Origin: Schizochytrium sp. TIO01 | Taxonomy: Eukaryota > Protista > Bigyra: Labyrinthulomycetes | Assembly: GCA_004764695.1 (NCBI GenBank) | Contig: SMSO01000034.1 | Coordinates: forward strand, 868,001-932,000 | Direction of reading: 5' to 3' | DNA: 64,000 nucleotides | Part shown: in pieces, positions 1 to 10,738 of the stretch | Layout: each line of letters opens with the position of its first letter | How positions within the stretch are numbered: the stretch's first letter is position 1 | Notes under the pieces: generated by a model | Database searches by the model: none | Seen by the model: only the letters and a program-made list of their open reading frames with translations | Told to the model about the DNA's origin: nothing | Translations under genes and position numbers: made by a program

Positions 1-144
1 AGTCAGTCAGTCAGTCAGCAGCGAGAGGGCAGAGGCGCCAGCAGGCGAGGGAAAATCCTGGCGGCGCGAGGGGAAAATCCTGCGGCGCCGGTTCTTGCTC
101 GCTTGGCTCCTTGCTTGCTTGCCTTCTTTTGCTAGCTCGTGGAG

Positions 145-182
<38 letters not shown>

Positions 183-1897
183 GTGAAGGACTGGCTGGCC
201 CGCTTCACTCGTGTCGCGTGAGGGCTGTTGGCGAACCTGAGGAGCGACGGACACGAGGATTTGCCATCGCATATACGGCGCTGATCGCCGCTGCGCTGCT
301 TTGCGTGGCGTGAAAAGATGTGGATTGATTGTGTGTAATTCTGGCGGTGGGATCCCTTCGATTGCGTGGCGGATCTTGTAGCTAGCTAACTATCTATCCA
401 CAGCTCATTTATTTCCTGCCGGCTCTGGCGACTTCTCCTTCGTGAAAACCGAGGCCTGAGCGAGCTCTGTCGTGAGCAGGCCAGTGAAGCGCTGGCTGGC
501 TGGCTGGCTGGCTGGCGGCTGCCGTGGTTCTCAGGCAGCTAACGCACACACTCATGAAGAAGAAGAAAAAGAAGAAGAAGAAGAATGGAATGCACTGCGA
601 ATTCCTGAGCCTTACTTAAGCTGATGTGGAGAAACGAAACTCTTGTTTTGCCTTGTCGTTCCTGTCGTTCTTTTCGTGTTCGCTCCTAAACCGTCACAAA
701 TGTATGTTTGTATCTATCTATCTATCTATCTATCCTTCATCACTCAGCCTCATGAAAAAAATCCAAACGAAACATTTCCGCTGTTCCATTCTGAATTCCT
801 CCTTCCTGTCTATTTATCTATTTATTTGTGTTGTTTAGTCGAAAGTAATTATCGTCGTTGTTATTTGTTATAAACAGTATATCTATCCCCTTTCGGGCAA
901 ACGAGAGGAGATGGAAAAGAATGAACAACTCGATTATGAACAGACGGATGAACGGGAATGGATACATCATCAACGATCACGCACGCAGACAGAAGGTGAA
1001 GCACGCCTCATGGTAAGCAGCGGCGAATGGGGAATTCCTGAGTTCCATTTCCGGTGTTCTTTCTAATATGTGGTAAATATTGATTGTTCATCAAAAAACA
1101 CCATTTTCGAGGTCACGATTCCTCATCTGCTGTTATTTGTTTGTTTCGCTTTGTTTGTTTGTTTCGCTTTGTTTGTTTGTTTCGCTTTGTTTGTTTGTTT
1201 CGCTTTGTTTGTTTGTTTCGCTTTGTTTGTTTCGCTTTGTTTGTTTCGCTTTGTTTCGCTTTGTTTGTTTGTTTGTTTGTTTGTTTGTTTGTTTGTTTGT
1301 TTGTTTGTTTGTTTGTTTGTTTCAAGTTGTTTGGTCGATTCCTTCATTCACTATCTTCATTCCCCAGCGACGATAATCAGCGTCCTTCCATGACGTTCCA
1401 TCCATCCAATAAGACCCCATCCACCCATCCGTCCTCAGCCAAACAGCGACGGAGTCCTCAACAAAGCGGCAGAACAGACGCAGACTTGCTCGCAAGCGAG
1501 GCTTCGCAGGCTCCAAGGAGAGGAGGAACAGGCACTGACTGATTGGCGAACAAGAGGCGCGAATGTTGAAGTTGAAGATCAGGCTCGAGAAACATGCTTC
1601 GATGCATAGAAACGCAGGTTCATGTGTTTGCTTAAACTTCTTTGTTGCTTATTTGTTTGACTGTATGACTGTTTGTTTGACTGTTTGTTGACTGTTTGTT
1701 GACTGTATGTTTGACTGTTTGTTTGACTGTTTGTTTGACTTATGGATTGATAGATTGATTGATAGATTGATAGACGAAGTGAACGAGAAGAACTCGAGAA
1801 CAGAACTGATCGTTCATTCATTCATTCATTCATGCAACCACCTCCTTCGTATTCAGGGAAACCAGCCCATTGAAAGGGGCGTTCTTTCCTCATGAAA

Positions 1898-1928
<31 letters not shown>

Positions 1929-3023
1929 TCAGAAAGAACAAATAGAAAAGAAAAGAAAAGAAGAAGAGAAAAAAGACTGCTCTAGTGCTGTTTATGCGGG
2001 GCGAAAAAGAGAAGAACAGGAGACGGGAAATAATGAGTTTCTCTCGCTGGTACCTCCCTCATTCCACGCTCTTCACAGCAATGGTGCTGATGCCTCGAGT
2101 GTACTATGATATGATGTCGTGACCTAACTGCCTCGCAGGCAGAGGCTAACGGCGACTAGGCCGGGGTAGAGTTCACCGTATCTACCACCGCTGCCAGTTG
2201 GGGCAAAGAGGATGATGATTCTACGCATTCCATTGAGAACAGATGTAAGCATGTATGTATTTATGTATGAGCTTTGCCTCAAAGCAAAGCAGAACAGTAA
2301 ATTATTCATTTTAAAAAGAAAGAAATGGTCGTTTTCTTTCATTGGATGACAACACAATAAGATAATAACTGTGCTTTTCGTTCTAAACACTCGTCTCTCC
2401 AGAGCTAGCGAGCAGAACAATGGAAGAATTTGCAGCTCCTTCGCGTTCTCCAGATCACCACCGCTCTCGCGCATGGACGCCGGCACTCACGGGCCCTTTC
2501 ATCAGATTGCCAGGCCATCTATCTATCGCTCATGGCGGTGTCGGATCTGTGCAAATTTCCCTTCTCCTTCTCCTTCTCCTTCTTCTTCTTCTTCTTCTTC
2601 TTCAGAGGCAGCGGCGGTTATCATCATATGATTGATTGCAAATAAAGAAAGAACGTTGATTGTCTGTTTGTGTTTATCTGTTTATTTATTTGTTTGTTTG
2701 ATAATTTATTTGTTTGTTTGATTGATTGATTGATTGTTTATTGATTGTTTGTTTGATTGTTTGTTTGATTGTTTGTTTGATTGTTTGTTTGATTGTTTGT
2801 TTGATTGTTTGATTGTTTCCACTGCTTTGCTCCTGCCGCACGAAGGCGCTGCCTGCGTACGTCGAGAGCGCCTGGCAGCACGGCGGCGACGGGAGGCGCT
2901 GCCTCGCGGCTTCTCCAGGCGAGCTGTCGCTGCGCTCTCGAGCCCCTCTCGCTTTCTTTCTGCGGATCCATCTGAAAGGAACGAGGAGAACGAAGGGAGA
3001 GGGAAAAAGAAAGGCCGAAAAGG

Positions 3024-3066
<43 letters not shown>

Positions 3067-3433
3067 AAAAAGAACGGAAGCGAAAAGAAGGCAGAGATTG
3101 AGAGACTGACGGAGTGAAAGAGAGAAAGAGATGGAAAGATGAGGCCTAATCGCCACCGATCACTTGTTGTTGGCTTTTGGAGGCGGTTTGAGGCCAAACT
3201 AAGCGCGAGAAGAGGCCCATCGTCGCGGTCAATAGTACGTTCTCTGTCGCTCGGCGGCGTGTTTCTTTCGATTGGTTGTTTCTTTTCCGCCTCTGCTTTC
3301 TTCGATCATTTGACGGATCGCGCGTTCTTTTTCACTTATTCTGGTTATTTGTCTATGTTAATTTGTTTGTTTGTTTGTTTGATAGTTTATTTATTCATTT
3401 ATTTATTCATTTATTTGTTTGTTTGTTTGCTTG

Positions 3434-3475
<42 letters not shown>

Positions 3476-4170
3476 AATTTATTTGTTTGTTTGTTTGCTG
3501 GGCGTTCTCTTGTCGCCTTCTGGCGTTCTAACTTCCGCCTCCAGACAGAGCTTTGGGAGCTGCTCAAACTCATCCATGGAGTGTCATTTATTTCATCCAT
3601 TGTTTAGCATTCACTGGAGCAAACCATCGATCAATTGAACCAATAGAAACCATCAAGAGAAATAAAACAAACAAACAAACAAACAAACAATTACATAAAT
3701 AAATAAACAAACAAATAAAACAAACAGACAAATAAGAGCAGAAAAGAACAGAAAAGAGAAGGGAAAAAGAACGAACTAAATTGAAGAGGAAGAAAGGAAA
3801 GAAAGAAACTCTTCTGGTCTGGTCTCTCCTTCGTCACCAAGATCCGCAATCAATGAATGAATGAATGAATCAATCAATCAATGAATCAATCCATCCATTA
3901 AAAGCAAGCCCAGCTCAGACCCTTGCAAGGCCCAGGCAGACCACCCTGAGTGAAGACGCCTGGCCTGTATTCATTCCCTCCACCCTTCCTCATCGAGCAA
4001 TCGATTCCTCACCTCCCGTTCTTTGGCAAAAATCCCCTGCGTTCTCTTTGCGCGCTCACCCGTTCCAAAGACAGGCAGAATCCCCAGGCAGCGCAGCTAT
4101 CACTTACGCTAGCAGTGGACAGAGCAAGGAAGGAGAAGAACGCCGCTTGAACACCTACCTACCTACATTC

Positions 4171-4201
<31 letters not shown>

Positions 4202-4932
4202 CATTCATTCATTCGCTCATACGTACGCCCCATTTCGATCTATCCATACCTTCATATCTGCAACTGAAGAGGCGCAAGAAGGAAAAGAAAAGAAAAGAAA
4301 GAGAGAAAGAAAGAGAGAGAGAGAAAGCAAAAAGAACAGATAACAGCGACGTTAGTGAGTGAGTAGGTAAGTGTAGAGTAGTGTTGGTTATAAAGAAAGA
4401 GAGAAAGAGAGAAAGAGAGAAAGAGAGAGAGAAAGCAGCAGCAGCAACAAACAACCTTCTTCCTCCGCTCGGAGCGGCAGCGGGGTGTCTCGCTGCGCTG
4501 CGCCCTGCAGAGGCAGGCAGGCCGGCCGGAGAGGGCCGCCGTGAGGAACGCGCACCCTCCCTCCGCCCCGACCAGCCAAGACCCCGCGGAGGGCCGCGGC
4601 GGGCCGCGATCGGCCTCGAGGCAGGGAGGGAAAAAACCACCGGAGCCAGGTTACTTACTTACTTAATAGCAGCTGCTGCCTGCTTGCTTCTCTGTTTCTT
4701 CGCCGTCGATCCCTCCCTCCCTCCAGAGCTCGCTTCGCAGGCAGCCTAGGTATCAGGCCGCGCGCTTGCTCGCAGCCGCTCGCGTATCGCCGCCCTCCGA
4801 CCGGACGGCGCGGTCGCTTGCAGGGCAGCAGATAGGCAGGCACATAGATCGATAGATAGACAGGTAAAAGCAGAGGCTGCCGACTGATTGAGTGAGTGAT
4901 TCACTGAGTCTCTTTGTTTGTTTGTTTCTTTC

Positions 4933-4963
<31 letters not shown>

Positions 4964-5300
4964 GGTTTTGTCTCTTTGTTTCTCTTTGTTTGAGTGATTG
5001 ATTCTTTCTTTCTTTCGTTCGCTCATACTGACATACAGTCATTCAACGCGCTCGCTCATTCATTCATTGATTCACTTACGGTTTGGGCGTGGTTCGTGCT
5101 CCTGATTGGGCGCGAGAAGAGCGCCGACCTGACGTGGTGAAGGGGCCGGAGGACGAGGAGCCGGCTGGGAAAATATTTCATTGATTGTTGAGGTGGTCAA
5201 GTAGTTAATTAATTGTATCTGGTCTGCTCGGCAGACAGTAAGCTGCAGCACCAGCAGCACCAGCAGCACCAGCAACAACAATATCAGCAGTGACACAAGG
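1..5300. repeat. Microsatellite mosaic: (AGTC)n, (GCT)n, (GGCT)n, (AAG)n, (TATC)n, (TTTG)n, (GATT)n, (AG)n, (TTC)n, (AAAG)n, interleaved with short GC-rich islands
   Basis: Simple repeats are directly visible, e.g. (GCT)n ~147-181, (TATC)n ~711-734, (TTTG)n ~1261-1322, (AG)n ~3028-3063, (GATT)n ~3437-3474 and ~4172-4200. ORFs here are repeat translations. Confidence 0.95.
1136..1322. repeat. Compound minisatellite: TTGTTTGTTTGTTTCGCT units shortening into pure (TTTG)n
   Basis: 18-nt unit repeated ~4-5 times, then 14- and 10-nt variants, then (TTTG)n. Confidence 0.9.
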
Positions 5301-6028
5301 ACAGCAGGCAAGGCGTGGTCGAGCAAGGAAGGAACTCCTTCTTGTCATCACCTGCAAGCAGTTGGCGTTGGCGTGACTGTTCTTTTCACGGCACTGCGAC
5401 CATCAGCAAGGAGCAAGCTAGTTGACTAGCTAGCTCCCACTGGCGACTTAGATTGGTGCCCGTGACGAAAGAACAGTCCCCATCCATAGCAACAAAAGCT
5501 ATATCATCGAGTTGGAGTAGAACTCAAGGTTGCCTCTGGTACCGCTCATCTCTTTCACATTCTCACCTTGGGGGCGTGCTGACTGACTGGTCCTTCATTG
5601 TTTTGGTGGCAGGATTTATTTTAGCCTCGAATCTGGGACGCAGAGTAGACCCAATTTGTTCTGTTTGCGATCAATCAGCAAGAGAAAGCTTAGTAGTGTT
5701 TAACCTCGTTCATTTAAACTGCCACTTGGCCCTCTCTGCACGTACCTGTCTGCTGCTGCTTCTTCAATACTCACCTTGCAAGCAGAAAGAATAGAGCACT
5801 GACAACAACAAAAAATCATCCCAGAAATTGAGACTGTCTACGTGGAGTAGATAGCACTCAGTCTGGAACCCTAGACGTACAAAGCTTTTTGATTCTCTTC
5901 TTCTCCAATTTCATTGTGCACTGGATAGTTTTGCTCCCTCATAGTGCTTCTACTTATTCACAGCAGAGACAAGAAGGCTATTTGTTCTATTATCCAATCA
6001 TAAAAATAGTCACAACGAAGGGAAAAAA

Positions 6029-9000
6029 ATGGTGCGTACCTATCTTCGTCTAAACTCTTTCACTATCGGTGATTATACGAGAACAAAAACTTCAAGGGAA
6101 TCTTTAGGTGGATCATGGATGACATGTGCAGAATCTGAACAACACTTTAAAGTCCTCAGTGGCAAAGAACTCGTGGTATTTGAATGGTAAGTAGTATTTC
6201 GGCGGCACCGCCTCCCCCTGCCTCTCTCTCACACACACACACTTGTTCTGAGAGAGATTCTTTCAATTATAAATCGTGAGCATATGACTAACAAATTCGC
6301 AATGGCACTGCGATTGGATGGATACTTGTGTGATCTGCTTGAATGTTTTGGGGTTACTACATAATACTTATGGAATACACATTTTCAAATTATACTCGTG
6401 TTTACAACAACAACAACAACAATCACAGGAGCACATTAGAAGACGCTCGACGCGGGCGTTATCGAAGAGGGAAAGTAGATATACCGTTTGACTCTATCCT
6501 GAGAATTAATCTTCTTGCAGATGGAGACGCAAGTTCAATACTACTCATGGAGGTGAAAAAACCACCGGTCCTTTCTCAAGGTGATCAGTTTTGGGACAAT
6601 GATAGAAGAAAACGCGCTGGGTGTGCATGGGCTAAAGGGATGGATGACCTTCATTTAGCAGACGCAGCAAACAAGTTTCGCTTTCATGTAGCCTCCATTG
6701 GCAATGCCCCCGCCAAGGTTGAAAAGGAATTGCAGCCCTTGCTGAGCAACCGCAACCGTGTCAACCTTTCCCCCGAATTTGACCTCTCCCAGATCCCGCC
6801 CATTTCTGAGCAGTATTTTCCTGGGCTCCCGAGAGAGTCACTCGAGCAGAGCGCGAAGAAACGGCGCATGCAGCAGCAACAAAACAATGCACTTTTGAAC
6901 CCTTTGCGACCCTTTGTGACAAGCATGCCTCAAGAAACTGATATGCACCATGAAAACGGATCCAACTTAATACCACGGGGAAGCCTTCGTGATGCCGCTA
7001 ATTCCTATCTCAATCTAGGACCTGTGCCACCTACTCCTCTATCTCAGAGAGGGCTAATGGGCCACGATCCCCTAGATGGAAGCCAACCCCATTCACACCT
7101 TTCTCCACAGCATCACTCCCAGCACCACCATCCTTCATCGCATCATGGCATTGGCCACCCAGGCCGCGATGGCATGTCGCCGTCTAACACTCCAGGTATG
7201 GGACCCGGCAACTCCTCAACGCCCGGAATGTATATGCGCTTCATACGCAATTTCGCATCACCAGAAAGGCCCACGGATCGCTATAATGAGTCGGGTGGCT
7301 CCAACCACAGGTTGGATGATATGGACAAGTTCTCTCATTATCGAAAACATCGCTCTCCGCATCATTCTGAACATGATCACCCCCATATGATCCCTGATAA
7401 GGATCCTGGTTCGTCGTTTTTTGATACTGCTGAGGATTATATGCACCCTGATGATCACCACCACCACATGATGGTTCATCGCCAGTCTGAAATTGAATAT
7501 CCCCGGGACTTTTCATCACACAGGAACAGCCTTCAATCACAGTCTCAACATCATAACATGCACAGCCCACCTCCACCGCCACCGCCACTTTCTTCCCATC
7601 AACCTGGCATGGGTTCCTCGAATTACCTTGATATGAATAACGAAAATGCTCAGGGCAGTGGGAATGCAACTGTGGATGATGCTGATGTACTCTTGTCAAT
7701 GGAAGGCTTAACGCCAAATGATGCAATGCAGGCACTCGAGTATCTAAGTGTTGTGGAACTGAAAAACCAGCTCAGGCTTCGCTCTCTACCCAAATCAGGT
7801 CGAAAGTTTGAACTGATTCGCCGTTTGCTTGATTTCGAGTTTCAGCTTCCCATGCAGCCGGGGCGTATGCGCGAGACAGCTATGCACCCGAACGACCACC
7901 CCATGCTTGCGTCCCAAACAGGTATGGGTCGGCCAGACCCTGCGTCCTCATACATGGGCATGCCGCCTCCTTCTGCAGTAGCAAGGGGCGCTATGCATGA
8001 GAACACACATTCCTCCGAGGGCATTCCATCACATGTAGATTCTACGTCAGGAGCCCCTCGGTCGCAGTCTCGCGGGGGCGCGGGACTTGGCGACACTTCC
8101 TTGAGGGGGTATCCAATGGACGATATGTTTGCCCCTGGAATAGTTCATGGTAATGCCTCAGACGCAGCAGGCGGCGGCACTGGCCTTGACAGCCGTGACA
8201 TCGCCCTGCGCGAGCGCGACCCGTTGTCGAAACCATCCCCTAGCCGAAATCTCACGCGAATGGAAGCTACTGTCACTACAATGCCTCGCATGGAAGCTGC
8301 GCCTTCGACCGGGCGTCACACGCAAACCTTCACCTTTTCTATGCCTCCTTCACTCTATGCAGTTCAGCAACAACAGCAGCCTGGTGCAGCGGGCGTCGTT
8401 GGAGTGGCGCCTTCAGGCCATCAAAATCAATCTTCGCCAGGACTGGATGTCCAGCCTGCAAAACGTGTTAAATCAAGCGAATCCGATGATGGAACAGGCG
8501 CAAGTGGAAACCTTGGAATTGGAACTAACAATGAGGAAATGGGGGCACTGAATAGCCTGCATCGTGGCTCATCATCATCTTCTTCAGCCTCGGCTCATCG
8601 CAATAATGTTGCTACTTCGCCTATTGGCTCTGGCGGACCTCAAACGCTTGACAAGAATATGACTGATAATGGAAACACAGTGGATTCACCCGGTAATGGT
8701 ATAGATAATAAGCAACCTGACGAGGAAGTGACGCTGACACTACGGCCTCAACTTCGGCGTGTTGAGATGCATGGTTTTCAAAATCTTTCACACATGCCAG
8801 ATGTTGTTGAGTCATTTACTGAGTATTTTGATGTTTTGCATCGCTCCACAGACTGGGTTAATGAGGCTATTTGTGAGCACTGTGTTTTGCTCGTGAACAA
8901 AGTGAAGCTTGTTTTTCGCCTCCATGCACACAATCACCTATTTGACTACCCAGGGAACTCAGGAGAACGCTGCTTTGTTTGCGATCAACATGCTGAGGTG

Positions 9001-9228
9001 TATGACCTTAGTGAACGAAATAGCTTCTTTAAGTGGCTTTCAGAGACCTTTCAGTTCAAACCTCGACTCGCTGCGCTCTCCTCGCACACTTGGGATTCAA
9101 AAGTGGAATCGAACGAAGAGAATCGGATGCGCCTGTGTCCGAATGGCCATGTGACTTTTATGTTTGTAGAGAAGAGAGATCCACAAGGTCTTTCGCCAGA
9201 TAGCGAGACAAACTGCAAAACCCAGTGA
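6029..9228 (+). CDS. SAP-domain protein, ~985 aa; exons 6029-6186 and 6429-9228
   Basis: The ATG at 6029 opens MVRTYLRLNSFTIGDY...LVVFE-W. A GTAAGT donor at 6187 and a CACAG acceptor ending at 6428 join in phase 2 (TG|G) to the 961-aa ORF frame (STLEDARR). The SAP motif LEYLSVVELKNQLRLRSLPKSGRKFELIRRL lies at ~7735-7836. His/Pro/Gln-rich disordered linkers; C-terminal CEHC...CFVC...CPNGH. Confidence 0.85.
6187..6428 (+). other. Spliceosomal GT-AG intron (242 nt)
   Basis: GTAAGT...AATCACAG; splicing restores a continuous reading frame; contains (CT)/(CA) and (CAA)n repeats. Confidence 0.8.
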
Positions 9229-10204
9229 CTGGATACACAGTCTTAATAAAAAAACTTAATGCATCCTGCCTCCTGTTTTGCTTTCATATGCTTCAAAGCG
9301 ACTACCATTTAAGGAAAAATTTAAAAAACAAAAGTTCAAGTAAAAAGCAATTTTCATTCTTTATTTTGGTTTGCCTGATTTCTATTTATTTGCAAAAGTA
9401 CATCTTCTCTCTCATTCTCAATTTTCATCCACAATTTTTGCTTCGAGGAAAGTTGCACGGATACAATAACAAAACAAATCTTTTCATCACCGATCTGGCG
9501 GTAATCTATACTATCTAATATGGAATCTTCAATGTTTTTTGCTTCCTTCCTGCTGATCATCTGAAATTCTCTATGCTTCATGTGCAAGCTGTATTGATGA
9601 TTGAGGTGTGGATTTGTATAGCTCATCCTTTCCATTTTCTGAAAGCTAATGCTTCAAGTTTACTTCGATGTAACTGAAGAAGTTTTGAGAAAAACAGTCT
9701 GTACATTTGGTAAGACTATCCATATTTTTACAGTGAAGACAACTAGAATCAATCTAATTTGTGATAGAATGATCTATACATACATGGTCGGTCGGAGGGC
9801 GCATTTTATGTTTTTTCACGAAAGCTCCTGCAAAATCGTACATGCTAAACAATCTGGAGATGCACATTACTCAGTACTTACTTCTAAAGTTTGCCATTTT
9901 GGGGGAATGGGGTGGGTGGGGAGTGGGTTGAGTGTAAGGAGCGTTAGAGCTAATTTGAAAAGGTCGCTTTTAAATTCATCTCAAACATAACGTGCTGCAA
10001 TAGACCATCAATAAAACCTAAACTGATATTCAGGAGATTAAACATCTAAATATGTCTTGACACATCACATTTTCTGAGAGTCTTATAATAATAGATCTCC
10101 TAAAACTCTGACAATTACTAGCTTCACTTCCGATTGACGATCCCAGTAGAAAAAGAAGTACGAAGTCATAGATGATGAAATGATTTTGAGGAAGATGAAC
10201 TTCG

Positions 10205-10224
10205 TTTTTTTTTTTTTTTTTTTT

Positions 10225-10277
<53 letters not shown>

Positions 10278-10280
10278 GGT
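10205..10280. repeat. Concatenated poly(T)-(TTG)n-(GTG)n tract
   Basis: Directly visible. Confidence 0.9.
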
Positions 10281-10447
10281 TCGGCAGCTCCTATTGTTGT
10301 TGCTTTTGTATCTTGAATCGAGATACATAAATGCTGGAATGCTCTAGGAATTAAAGGTTAAGTTGATCTTAAGAATTTGGCCTATTTTAGTTTGAAAGAC
10401 CGTATCTGAAGTAAATCAGTCAGATTGATATTTTAAAACATCATACC

Positions 10448-10645
10448 AAGCTTACGAGGAATAACAATCATAAAATCATGTAGCATAAAAGCAATTGAGT
10501 GAATTTAAGAATACAAAGCTTACAAGGAGTAACAATTGTACATTCATGTGAACAGAAAAGAAATTGAGGGAATCTAAAAAAAACCGTATTTAAAAGCTTA
10601 CGAGGAGTAACAATTGTACATTCATGTGAACAGAAAAGAAATTGA
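10448..10645. repeat. Three-copy tandem repeat, period 68-78 nt, core AAGCTTAC(G/A)AGGAGTAACAATTGTACATTCATGTGAACAGAAAAGAAATTGA
   Basis: Copies start at 10448 (degenerate), 10516 and 10594. The last two match over 52 nt with one mismatch. Confidence 0.85.
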
Positions 10646-10738
10646 TAGAATCCAAGACGGCACAAGCACTTTGTCAACACGCAAATGATGGACATCTCTT
10701 AAACGCCACTGTGAACCAAAACTCCGAAATATTGTTTT

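Noticed and set aside
11-5326. Many 60-160 aa ORFs (FVCLFVCL, KQTNKQTN, ERERER, etc.)
   Set aside because: Translations of microsatellites that are open in several frames; no domain signal.
6343-6428. ORF-track start MFWGYYII...NNNNNH for the SAP protein
   Set aside because: Lies inside the inferred intron; exon 1 at 6029-6186 gives a better N-terminus with canonical splice sites.
10448-10645. Repeat-spacer-repeat pattern as a CRISPR array
   Set aside because: Only 2-3 copies, the spacers are themselves related, there are no cas genes, and the context is eukaryotic.
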